From Dipteris shenzhenensis (taxonomy: Eukaryota), in NCBI GenBank assembly GCA_047967505.1, contig CM106538.1: DNA of 64,000 bases; one strand, given 5' to 3'. Within the stretch, counting starts at the first letter, position 1. Every line of letters begins with the position of its first letter. This document shows positions 52,386 to 64,000 of this stretch, piece by piece. A model generated the notes under the pieces. That model was not told where the DNA came from and made no database searches. It saw only the letters and a list, made by a program, of their open reading frames with translations. The position numbers and the translations under genes are program-made.

Positions 52386-53239
52386 TAAATTTGGGACGTG
52401 CTATGGTATTGAGAAAACCTATTTGATCAAAGAACCTATAATTAAGTGGGTCGAGTGTATTCCTTAAGGTGTTCGTGTGGCAAGGCCTCGAAGAGAGTAC
52501 TGTGTTGCTATCTTGTGTACATGAGGCATCCAAATGTGATAATTAGTACTCAATTAGTCACTTATGGATGCCACTAACACCACCCTCTTCCATTTGGAGC
52601 TTGTTCGGGAGCTTGTGTAGATCAATGGAATTCTTGTATTTAGAGTGGAGGATTATTTTACTAAGTTGCACGTGAATCTTATATGTGATGAAGTCTCCAA
52701 ATCTTTACATTTTTCATTACTCTGAGTTCTATTGCTAGCTTTATCTTAGATTTGATCTTGTATTTGCGCCTTTTTTGCTTGTGTGATCCTAGTGGATCAT
52801 TTTGTTCCTTGCGAAAACATGGATTACCATTGCATGTAAATGTACTTTAGTGTTAGCATGTAACCAAGCTTTCAACCATGGTAATTGTGAATCTATTTGA
52901 GATCATATCTTTGGGTAGTGATCAAAGGTGCTAATTTAGGCTTGAACTTGTATAGGATCACTTTATTTAAATACGGTTGAGTGAACCTTGAAAATTTATG
53001 AACTCGTCTATTTATAATGTGTAAACAATTAGTTAGTCTTGCTACATAATGAAACACACAAACTCATCTTGCAGTTTACAGTCATGGTTGTTTTTTGGTT
53101 TTTGTTGCAACTTGTGAGTTTAGGGATATGTCTTCTTTGAGCAAATTGTTTGTTCTCTAGGTACAAGTTTTCCAAGAAAAAAAAGGTAAGGATGTTCTGG
53201 TTTTTCAATGTTCTCACTGGTTTAAACTTGGGTTTGCAG

Positions 53240-53426
53240 CAACTTTAGTGACATTTTCGACGTAGACTGGTTCATTGCCACACTTGCCCCATATGTATTG
53301 ATCATAAAAGAATTCCCACCACAATTGGCAAACCTTGAAGAAAGGGTTTACTCAATGCGTGTACCGAGGAAATGTATGCCGGAATATTTCACGAGTAGAG
53401 TGTTGCCCCTCTTACAACGAAAGAAG
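53240..53426 (+). CDS. O-FucT-family exon 6 (NFSDIFDVDWFI...MRVPRKC)
   Basis: F.DIFD.DWFI hallmark. Phase-consistent AG/GT boundaries. Confidence 0.92.
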
Positions 53427-53667
53427 GTTTGCATTCTGAGATTGAAAAGTTTGGAATTTTTTTTGTCATTCAGTGCGTGTGACATCTTTCATTAAAGAAT
53501 ATGCATGCCTAACAACTTGAAGTACCCCACAATTGCTCCTTGTTGTCATACAAGTTTCAACAGGCTATTATCAAATTTTTATATGTATTCCACTAAAAGT
53601 GTGTTTTTGTTGCTACCACTTAATAAAAAGGTGGTTGTTACTATGTAAGCAACTTAAAATTCAGACA

Positions 53668-53984
53668 ACTTCACAAGCAGTCGTACCTTGAATGAGGAGA
53701 TTTTGGACTACTTTTTGATTAGCCTTCTCCTTTAGTGCTAGCCTTCATCATGGCTGAGTCTGCCCTTCACCTTCGGAGTGCCGACAGAAATTGAGTACGA
53801 AGACTTTGTATAAATGGATGCTCAAGCATGCGTGGGTGTGTGGATTTGTATGTGTGAGAGCATGTTTTTATACTATGGTCTACCCCCACTGTTGGGCGCT
53901 GATGACGTCAGTGGGGATGTCATAGTAGCTAGTCCTTGCTATGCGTGATGAGTTTGGGAATGTTCCTAGCTTCATCTAGGTATA
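53668..53984 (+). mobile_element. Short retroposon tail, copy 3 (longest 5' extent)
   Basis: 13-bp TSD TAAAATTCAGACA (53655-53667 and 53985-53997). Same 3' end CATCTAGGTATA as copies 1 and 2. Confidence 0.85.
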
Positions 53985-54026
53985 TAAAATTCAGACAGCT
54001 GTATGATATTTGATATGGTATGAACG

Positions 54027-54440
54027 GATTCATTTTTTTGTCTAATGATGTGGTTGATGTGAAGGAACCCATTTGTCATGTCGCAGAATGAAAAAGAATT
54101 CTTGTCAGGATTTCAAAAATTAAAATTTAGAAAAACTAGTAGTCTTTGTCTAGCACTAAAACGTCTACGATTCATTTTTTTGTCTAATGATGTGGTTGAT
54201 GTGAAGGGACCCATCTGTCATGTCGCAGAACGAAAAAGAATTCTTGTTAGGATTTCAAAAATCAAAATTTAGGAAAACTAGTAGTCTCTGTCTAGCACTA
54301 AAACGTCTACGATTCAATTTTTTGTCTAATGATGGGGTTGATGTGAAGGGACCCATTTGTCATGTCGCAGAACAAAAAATAATTCTTGTTAGGATTTCAA
54401 AAATCAAAATTTAGAAAAACCAGTAGTCTCTGTCCAGCAC
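54027..54440. repeat. 142-bp tandem repeat x3
   Basis: Units start at 54027, 54169 and 54311 (GATTCA..TTTTTGTCTAATGATG). Confidence 0.9.
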
Positions 54441-57400
54441 CATTAAAATAGGTTTATCACGAGGAAAACCATGGTGAAAACAGAATTAAAATAAGATAAA
54501 TATAGAATAAGTAAACATTGTTCAAGTTCTCTTTAGTTTTGATGAATTAAAGTGGATAATAACCTTAGTACATTATTTTCAGCACATGGCAAAATCTAGA
54601 CAGTGCAAGACAGTCATATGTCAAAAGAGACATGTGGCATGACACATGGCAAGACACCCACATGCAATTAGTGACATGGCACAACATGTTGCATGGATTG
54701 CCACATCAGACAAGAATAGCACGTGGGATTGACTGCTGTGTGCCATAAGTGCATGGAATGCCACACCAGCCAAAGATAATGCATCGCAGTTACTGTTATT
54801 TCAATCTGAAATTGACATGTGGTCACTGCCACATCAGCAAAATGACACATGGCATGGACAGGCACATGAACCCCATGACATGGCAAAATTGACATCCTCA
54901 TGGACCAAGTGTCCATAGAGCCCACGAACTTTTGAGAAAATTCCCCACAATGCACCAAAACTGGAAAGGAACGTTGCCTTGGAAGTTGGGCCGTAGCCCA
55001 ATTTTCCACAATCCACCAAAACTGGAAAAGGAAAGTTGCCTTGGGCCATAGTCCACCAAAGCCAAGTCCATCTGCCAAACTCAGACATTCCAGCCCCTAA
55101 ATGTGTCAGTGGGAATCTTTGCCCTAGTTCGGGGGTGGGGGAGGGAGGGGGGGCAGCCCTCACTTGGGGCTATATGAAGAAAGGGTTGGCTCACCATTCC
55201 TTTGCAGCTCCTCTCCCTAATTTAGGAGCTGTCCCCCTCCCTGAGGTCCCTTGCTGTGAGTCTTTCTTCTCCCCTCTCTTAGACTCTTCTCAAGACATAT
55301 TTGAATCTAAGTGTGCATGCAACATGTTTAGAGAAGAAGAGATTTTGAAATCAAGTGTGAATGTACCATATATCATCACTATAGAGCAAGGCTAGCATAG
55401 GAATTTGAAGAATACCCTTCCATGCTTAGACATCCATGACTCCCATTCAAACATCAAAAGCCCAGAGAGAATAGAGTCTTAAAATAAATAAATATCCTAT
55501 CACATTGCTAAGGCTTTACACAATCTCATATAAGGCCATATTAGTCCCTATGTTGCCCTATAGAGTCCTCAAACATTGCAATTTGTAGAGAAGCAAAGCC
55601 CTCGGGACATGATCAAATCCTCCCCAGAATCCACGTACAGTGCTTTGCCACCCTTGTGCACTCCCTAGAGTTTTGGTCGAAAGGAAGTAGCTAACTAAAT
55701 CTTCCCTAACTTGTACTTCCCTAACTTGTACTTGAAGATGAACAAAGCCAAGAGTCTCATCACAACCAGTAAGTGATCCTACACAAGCAAAGGGATCATG
55801 AACAAAGTCTTAGTCACGTGAATCAAAAACCTTCTTAAAACCAAAAAACAACAATGTATCTTTTATTTTGCCCCTGAGAATAAAGATGTGGCCTAATAGG
55901 GTGGCCTTCGGGAAGCTACATGAATGCAAGCACACTACCAAAAACTTCTTTGGTCATCTGGGTTATCATGTGACCCATCATAATGGTCGTCTAGTAGGAT
56001 GGGTCCATGGGTTCATTGGACTTGTGTAGGGGCTGAATGTACTTATCTTATGTTGATAAAGAGCCCATTTGTAATGCGTCATTGAAAAGTGCCCTCCTTG
56101 TTATGCATAAGGAATTCCATTTGCAAGTTTTAAGAATGAGTTGCTTTGCCAATTTTGATGTTTGTCACCCCAACTCTATTTTCCGCATTCTCTCCCAGAA
56201 AGGGCTCTAAAAATCTTGCTTTGTCTTGGGTGCTGTCTTCTTCCGTTCCCCTTTAATCTGTCTTTAAGATGACTCTTCTCCTCATGCTTGTAGATATTTT
56301 GTTGTCATCTTTGTTAAATATCCATGCTCGACCTCCACTTAAGCAACAAAGCTTTTATTTAATGATAAGAGCTTAATGAGGTAATTCAACTCTAGCATAG
56401 CAAGAACTTTTATGTGGGCATATATCGAACTGATACAAGCTCATCATAGATGAGTTTTAAAGCCTTGATCATATTTTTAACTTTTGCCATTCAAATCAAT
56501 TCTTAACTTTTAGAGCAAATAGCTGACCATATCAAGAGAATCTAAGCCTTGTCTGGCTTTTAGCGATTTGGATGAGTGTTCGATTGCAATTTCTTGTAAC
56601 TCATTTTCTTTCCATTCCTTAACTATTATTTGATCTGGCTTCAACAATAGTATGCTTGAGTGTTGCATCCATTGGCTTTGTGACAAAGTCAACAATCGCT
56701 TTCAACCAGAATTTCTGCAAATTCCAAAGCACAGCAACATTTAACCCTAAACGATTCCAGGTGGAAGTCACAATTCAGTCCAGGACAAAATTGTGGATCA
56801 TCTTGGTGCAGTCTCGTCAACATTTCACCTTTGAAGAGTCGTGGATCCATAAAATTTGCAAATACCCTATGGATTTGCATAGAGGGAAATCTGGTGCAAG
56901 TTCCACACCCAAGTAATGTCCACATGTAAGCTCTCGCTTGGAACTTGCAAGACGTAGCAAAATTGCAGCAAGAAGTCCACTACCTGGATTCTAGGTGTAG
57001 ACAAAATCGCACAGGTGAATAAAAATAGGTAGCAGGTACTCAAAGACCTGCACGTGTGTTCAAGAAACAGAAGACGTGTGGCTTCCAATTGGCTAGAATG
57101 TGAGTCACAGGTATAGAAATAAATGGACAGCAGCAAGAGGCTGATGTCTGAACAATGCAAGAGCTTGAGGATTCAATGAGCTAGCATCAGAATTGCTTAC
57201 ATCAACTCTATTAGCAGTAGCACAAAGAGCAATGAAAGATTTGTGAAAGCACAGATTTCTGGAAGATCGTGCCACCACCATAGCAAAGATGGTGTAAAAG
57301 AATGCAGTGACAACCATGCAAAGAGACATTTCTGGACTAATGCTGACCGGTCATTGGATCGGGTAAAGATGATGCCTACTGGCATGTGCAGTCTTGTGAA

Positions 57401-57940
57401 AATAACTCACACTAATGATCAATAAGCCTTTGGACAAAGTAATAATAACAAAGGATTTAAAAATGGAAATGGATATCCATGGAAGATGTAGGACTGTCAC
57501 GTTATATGAAGGCTTGCAAGAGTTTAAGAGCCTAAGCTAACTATGCAATGAGTTCAGAGCCTAAGCTAACTATGCACTCTGTCAAGAGCACAGTTAGGGA
57601 AGGCATACATGGAAATGAGAGCAGGTGCTTTTAAGTCTTGTTTCTTTATGTTCTTGTCCAGGCCTTTCTTAGCCAGCAACCATGTATGCGAGTGGTGGGC
57701 TTGACTGGTCTATTTTGAGTGGCTTTAGTATTATGTTTCATTAATTTATTTAAAGCCTGCTAACATTCAATATTGGATTATCTGATTACTTTTATTGGTG
57801 TTTGTTTTTAGGTCGACTCATGTTTTAAGAAAGTGATCTTTTTACAAAAAGCAATTGATTTTGGAGACTGCGCTTTCAGATGTTTCCCACTCCATTGACT
57901 AGCAGTGTAGTCTTTATGACATTGAAAGGACTTCTTGATT

Positions 57941-58390
57941 TGTTAGGAGGAGATAGAGACATGCAGGAGGTGGTTGGATTGAAACCTTAGCCTGCCCAAG
58001 AGCAGTGATTGTGTCCAGTTGGCCCAGGACAGGCTGTCAGTTGGCCAGTAGCAGGGGGAAGATCCAGCCTATAAAAGGTCTGCCATTTCTTCATTCCAGG
58101 GATCAGCAGGTGCAGTCTTCAGCCATCAGAAAAGAGCACCCATGGCCTTAGCATAGGCTCAGGGAGAAGAGCAACAGCCTACCTCTTTCCACCCCATCTC
58201 TCCAGTCTTTACCCCTTTAGAAGGAGCAAGCTTCCTTCTTGAACAGCTGTAATCTTTGACACATAGGGCTTAGCTATAAGAGATACCCTGTGGCTGGTTA
58301 AAACTCATTGCTTGTGTACTTGCATCACTCAAATCGCATCTCTGCACTTGTGTTGCAGCTCAGTCATTTACACATCTGCACCCAACTACA
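57941..58390 (+). mobile_element. Putative solo LTR
   Basis: TG...CA ends, internal CCTATAAAAGG, flanks TGATT/TGTTT (4/5 TSD match). Confidence 0.5.
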
Positions 58391-58810
58391 TGTTTGCTAC
58401 AAAACTTTAGGTTGGTTAGGGCTATTTTAAGTAGATTTGAGCAGCCTCATATGTAAATAGGAGAGCTTGGGAGTTTTAACTCTGGATATTGTTTAACTGT
58501 TTCTTCAAGTTAGCTTTTGGTGTTGTCAAGAAATTGTCAGATTTGTACATTTGCAGTACAACGTAGAGACTTTTAATTGTGGCTCATATTAGTGTTCCAT
58601 GTCTTCTCTTTCTGTTTCATGCTTCTAGACTTCGGAGATTTCTTGTATGTAGGTCATATTGCATTTTTTACAGTTTAATATGAGACACCTTTAAGTTCAG
58701 CGCCCAAGGCAAATTCTTTTGTTTTGTCTTGTTTTGATCCTAACCAGAAGATGCCCCTGTTTGTTTGAAACTGAAACTTATCTAAAATATTTGAACTTGA
58801 TTTCTTGCAG

Positions 58811-58992
58811 GCAATTCAACTAACTAAATTTGATTATAGGCTCTCAAATAAGCTTGAGGATAATCTGCAAAAAGTTCGTTGTAGGGTAAATTATGATGCC
58901 TTGCGCTTTACTCCAGCTATCAAAACAATGGGTGAGACATTGGTGGAGAGGTTAAGGCAAAGGGCTGGTCGATATATTGCACTACATCTCAG
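58811..58992 (+). CDS. O-FucT-family exon 7 (KFDYRLSN...RCRVNYDALRF...YIALHLR)
   Basis: RCRVNY and ALHLR hallmarks. AG/GT boundaries. Confidence 0.93.
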
Positions 58993-59244
58993 GTATACTT
59001 TAGTCACAATTAACTATCTTTATGTTTAATGTCATGGTAATTAAGTTTGGAGTTGTAATAACATAGCTGACCATATTTGGATATGTATTGTATTGGGATG
59101 GGTGAGTTTGCTCTTGCTACCTGACTTCATCATTGTTTTGTAGAATGGAGACTTCCCCTGATTTGTGGTTTTTATGCTTGTTTGTGAGATTACTTATTAC
59201 CTGTTTGTCAAAGACTTTTGAATTCGTGAGCAATGATTTTGCAG

Positions 59245-59347
59245 ATTCGAGCCTGACATGCTGGCATTTTCTGGCTGTTATTATGGAGGTGGTGAAAGGG
59301 AAAGAAAAGAATTGGGCTTGATTCGCAAGCGTTGGAAGACTCTACAT
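59245..59347 (+). CDS. O-FucT-family exon 8 (FEPDMLAFSGCYYGGG)
   Basis: RFE.DMLAFSGC hallmark. AG/GTAAG boundaries. Confidence 0.93.
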
Positions 59348-59449
59348 GTAAGTGAGTCCCATCAATGATTGTGACGTGTATATGTACCATGCTTACTATA
59401 ATATACAATTAATGAACGAGTCTCAAAACTGTTTGACTTGAATTACCAG

Positions 59450-59781
59450 CAACGAAGTCCAGATTTAGAGCGGCGAAATGGGAAATGCCCGCTTACACCA
59501 GAGGAGGTTGGATTAATGCTGCGGGCCCTAGGATTTGGCAGTGATTCTCATCTCTATGTCGCATCTGGGGAGGTGTATGGGGGGAACAATAGTTTGGCTT
59601 CTCTAAAGCAACTATTTCCAAATTTGTACACTAAAGATTCAATTGCAAGTAAAGAAGAGCTGCGGCCATATTCTATGTACTCTTCACGTATGGCAGCAAT
59701 CGACTATATTGTTTGTGACGAAAGTGATGTTTTTGTCACAAATAATAACGGCAATATGGCACGCATCCTTGCAGGCCGCAG
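59450..59781 (+). CDS. O-FucT-family exon 9 (GKCPLTPEE...AAIDYIVCDESDVFV...NMARILAGR)
   Basis: CPLTPEE and DY.VC..SDVFV hallmarks. Ends in phase 2, so the gene continues beyond the window. Confidence 0.93.
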
Positions 59782-59999
59782 GTTTGTGCTCTTTCTAGTA
59801 TTGAGTTTCTAAAAGTCCAATACACTTGCTACATAACATATACAAACTTTTGTGTTTTCTTTTCTTTCCTTTTGGGACAAATATAGAGTATTTATTTGAC
59901 AATTGATTAAGTGGAAAAGTGAAGATAATAAATTGATTAATTGACAATGTGCGCGCACACCCCGCGCCGTTCCTTCCCTTTTCTCTGTCTTCCTTTTCT

Positions 60000-62162
60000 T
60001 CTTCCCTCCTCCCTTTCTGAACATTCAAGGTTTCTTTGGATCCGACTATGACACATCACCCGCCGTAATTTCTTCATAGCGATCTGCTACTTCCCACCAG
60101 AGACTTCACACTTCGCCAGGGTAGTACGGGAGGAGGCCGAGACATCACAATATACATCCCTTTGACATGATATCATGGATTTCTCGAGCCGCGGAGATGT
60201 TCTCCTAGTGGGGGACTTCGATGCGAGGACAGGAGCATGTCAGGTGCCACTACTGGATTTTCGAGAGAATGCTGTTTTACTTCCTGACATAGATCTTGCT
60301 GATGCTGACATGTCATGAGTGTCTGCTGATAGACGGGCTCCTATCATTTCTTATGGACATGCATTACTGGATCTAGGTACGGCACTCGTTATCTATAATG
60401 GTCTTGAGCGATGGCCCTCCTCCAGCGGCTTCACTTGCTTTCCGTATGGAGGGGGGTCTAGCGTAGTTGATTATATCTTGGGATCCCCTGCCTTCACATC
60501 ACACATCACAGACTTCTGCATTTCACCACCACCACCTGGGGCTGATCATACATCTCTTCTTCAATATCACCACTCCCCGCCTTGCTGTACCACTCACCAC
60601 ATCACCCACCTCCACTACCTATCACGACATACACTTTGACCACAGCCTCTCACCCATATACTCTGCACGGCTCTACACTCTACTCACCTATATTGACTAT
60701 ATACCCCTCCTAGAGGACCGGACTGCGTTGATTAGCCGATCATTGCACGAAGCTACCCTTCATGCCTTCGTGTACACCACACGTTCTAACTGTCCACTGC
60801 CTTTAGGGTTCGTGCCATGTAAATTTGTAATAGGGGGTACAATGGTGAGTGTAAGGCTCTTCACCGACAACTTCGATTCGAATCCCAACATGGCCTATCG
60901 GAACCGGACATGTTACGTGAGTATCGTCGTCTAGTTCACTAAAAGAAACGAACCTTTGTCCGCCAAAACGAGGATGAATTACTGAACATTCTTTTCAGTA
61001 ATAATTCCAAAGACTTTTAACGACGGTTCCTTCAACGTCGGTCCCCTCACAACTCACAGACACTCAAGTTTCGCAGAACTACGCCCACCCACTTTATGAC
61101 ATCCCTGACCAGCCCACACTTGATCTCTCGCACACACCACAACCAACCTCTTGCACTCTCTTCACTAAGGGAGGCATTAAAGATGCGGTCATGAAGCTTA
61201 ATGATGGCCGAGGGAAGGATCATGAGGGATTATGCATTGAGTCTGTTGCATATGGGATTGATATCCTAGCCCCTATCCTTGCAAAGCTATTTAATGGAGT
61301 AGTTTGTCTTGGCTTTCCATGCACTTGGGCCCTCAACACTCAACACTACCATACCTATCCACAAGGCAGGGGATCCTATGGATCCAAGTAACTATAGGAC
61401 CATTATGATCGGGCATGTCATGTCCAAGATATATGCTTCGGTTCTAGATATGGAGGTCAGTCGCTATGCAGAGATGCAGGGATTCAGAGCAGATGGATAG
61501 GCAGGATTTCGACGTGACCACGAGACCATGGATTTTCTTGACACTTAGGAGCGTCATCAGAGGAGGCCAGGACACAGAGACAGAGGGTATATTGCTGCTT
61601 TGTGGATTTCCGCAGAGCCTTCGATACAGTGTCTCGAGCACGTCTCATCAGGTGGTTACAAGAGTTGGGGTATGGGCCGAAGATAGTTTGGGCTGTTATG
61701 GTACTTTATGAGAGGGTTTCTGGCAGGGTTCGGATGGGGGGACAATAGACATATGAGATCCTAAGCACCATTGGGGTCAAACAAGGTTGTCCACTCTCAT
61801 TGACCTTGTTGGGCCTCTACATAGACGAGCTTGAGTCTTTTATGAGGACACTAGGAGGTGATGGTTGCTCTCTTGCCGGTTATTTGCTCCAGATCCTTTT
61901 GTACGCTGATGATGTGGTGCTCCTAGCCTCGTCCACCGAGGGGCTCCAGAGACATCTAGATGTACTACTGACTTTTTGCGAGTCTCATGACTTGAAGGTC
62001 AACATGGATAAAACCAAGGTTATGATCTTCAACACCTCCAGAGCAGTTGCCCACAGAGAGCAGTTTACTTTTGACGGGGCACCATTTGAGATCATTTCAT
62101 CATATACATATTTGGGGGTTCTGTTTTCAAGACCTATCTTCACGATGCGACCAGCGATGCAG
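60000..62162 (+). mobile_element. Non-L1 LINE (APE and RT), same family as 50150-52385, interrupted by gypsy copy C
   Basis: GDFDARTG, SSVVDYI, SNYRTIMI, GVKQGCPLS and LLYADDVVL...YTYLGV motifs. Frameshifted. Confidence 0.87.
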
Positions 62163-64000
62163 TGACACGACCCTAGCACTCTTCAAACTTTTGATCTGCA
62201 AGCAAATACAAGAACACACCAAACGTGAGGAAATTGAGCAGGTTGCTCACCGCCCAACCATGACATCTACGGGTTGATCTCGAATCAAGAGATGTCCCCT
62301 CCGAGCCACGAGTTGAGCTACTGGCACGAACTCCCAACCAGATCCTAACCAACCTGGTGTCCCATACCACTAGGTGGCACTGTGAAGCCTAGGATTTGCT
62401 GTCGGGCCTTGGGCTACACTATGATGCAGGCGCGCGTCTGCGACTCAATCTAGGATCAGACCTAGCACCTGGGAACGAGACTTGCTCCCATCGGCTCTGT
62501 GAGAATTGAACCTCTGGGCCCCTTATATAGACTCGGGCCCCATGCGCCAAAAATAGCGAAGACCCCTAAGTGGTTTGTACCCTTGCCACTCAACCTAAGA
62601 ATCAAGCGTGCCTAGCCCTAAGCCTCCCCAGGCTACCCGAGCTAGTCTTGTGTGCCGAGTACACGTCAGATACCAATCCGTGCACATGACATACTTCCCC
62701 TCCTCTAAGAACTCACTCCTGAGTTCGCTAAAAAACCCGGGAATGTCCTCTGGAGGTTTTGTAATGTCTCCCATGTTGCATCCTCCTCAACACGATCCTT
62801 CCACTTGATCTTGTATTCCGTAATAGTTCTATTACGAATCTGTCTTTCACGAAATTCAAGAATACTCTTAGGTTCTTGTGGAATAAAAGTCAAATCTGTA
62901 ACTTCTATTATTTCTTCTGGAGAAACAAGTTGATCATCCGCACCCAGTAACTCTTTCAGTCTATTGACATGAAACACTGGATGTACTTTAACATCAAGAG
63001 GCAATTCTAATTTATATGCAACTGTTCCAATTCTTTTAGTAACCTTGAACAGACCACAGTATCTAAGGGATAACTTCGGAACCAAACCGGTACTTAGGCT
63101 TTTGGATTCCTTGGGAATACGCAAATATACAATCGTTCCTTCAGAGAACTCTCTAGGTGAACGATGTCTATTAGCATAAAATCTGTCCCGATCTTGGGCA
63201 CTTAGAATAGACTCCTTGGCAAACTGCAACATTTCTTGCACGTCTTGCAAGAATGTCTTTGTAGCATCATTTTGGATTCCCTTTAACCCAACCATAACTG
63301 GTGACTTAGGTTGAAACCTGTATATAAGCATAAAAGGACTGTAACCAGTACTCGAATGCTTTGCACTGTTATAAGCAAATTCTATCATAGGGAGATAATC
63401 TTCTCATGAAGACTGTCTCTTAGAAACATATGCCCAAAGCATATCTTCAACCAATTGGTTGACCTTCTTTGTATTGCCATCAGATTGTGCATGATATGAG
63501 GAACTCATACTTAGAGTAGTTTCCAACTTCTCAAAAACAAGTTTCCAGAAGTTACTTGTAAACTTCGAGTCCCTATCGCTGACTATGTCAGACGACAAAC
63601 TATGCAGCGTAAACAAGTGGTCCACAAACTCGTGAGCCAGCTGAACAACTGAGATGGTTGTTCTAGTAGGTAAGAGTAAGAATCTAGCCATTTTTGTCAG
63701 ACGGTCCACTATGACCCAAATGGAGTCATGACCCTTGCGCGTTCTAGGCAATCCGGTAATAAAATCCATGGAAATACTTTTGCATTTATTACCCAGGATT
63801 TGCTATGGCTGTAATAAACCCGCGCTTCTAAGGCGTTCTGCCTTAGTAGCCTGACAATTCTGGCAACCTATCACATAGTTTTCAATAAATGCACGCATCT
63901 TAGGCCAATAAAAGGTATGCTTCACAAGAGGTAGAGTCCGATGTATACCTGGATGTCCAGCACTAGGAGCATCATGACACTCCCAGAGAATCTTGGATTG
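62163..64000 (-). mobile_element. Chromovirus copy C, 3' end (integrase, chromodomain, PPT, LTR 62163-62691)
   Basis: MDFITGLP, chromodomain YKIKWK...DATWE, PPT AGAGGAGGGGAAG, and a 529-bp TG..CA LTR. Continues past the right edge. Confidence 0.92.

Noticed and set aside
54027-54440. CRISPR-like repeat array (also 27661-27860)
   Set aside because: Contiguous tandem units without unique spacers, no cas genes, eukaryotic context.
54500-57500. Additional LTR-like or transposase-like sequence in intron 6
   Set aside because: Probably TE-derived, but I could not define boundaries or diagnostic motifs.

Overview
This is eukaryotic land-plant DNA. The TE-inflated introns and the LINE types suggest a fern or lycophyte, but that is inference. 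Two spliced host genes diverge head-to-head across a ~17 kb TE-derived spacer. On the minus strand is a HAD-IIIA phosphatidylglycerophosphate phosphatase (PGPP1-like): 3 exons at 13084-5390, with the last exon(s) beyond the left edge. On the plus strand is an O-fucosyltransferase-family (PF10250/GT106) glycosyltransferase: 9 exons at 30320-59781, continuing beyond the right edge. Almost everything else is transposon-derived: Ty3/gypsy chromoviruses, a gag-only copia-like element, L1 LINEs, a non-L1 (RTEX/CR1-like) LINE family, short 5'-truncated retroposon tails with target-site duplications (TSDs), and tandem duplications. The most striking structure is in intron 3 of the glycosyltransferase. 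There a young chromovirus inserted into the LTR of the gag-only element and was then cut at its gag/protease junction by a ~3.5 kb inversion with 4-bp microhomology, which left its two LTRs in inverted orientation. No prokaryotic-type system (CRISPR, operon) is present. All family assignments come from motif recognition by eye, not from database searches.
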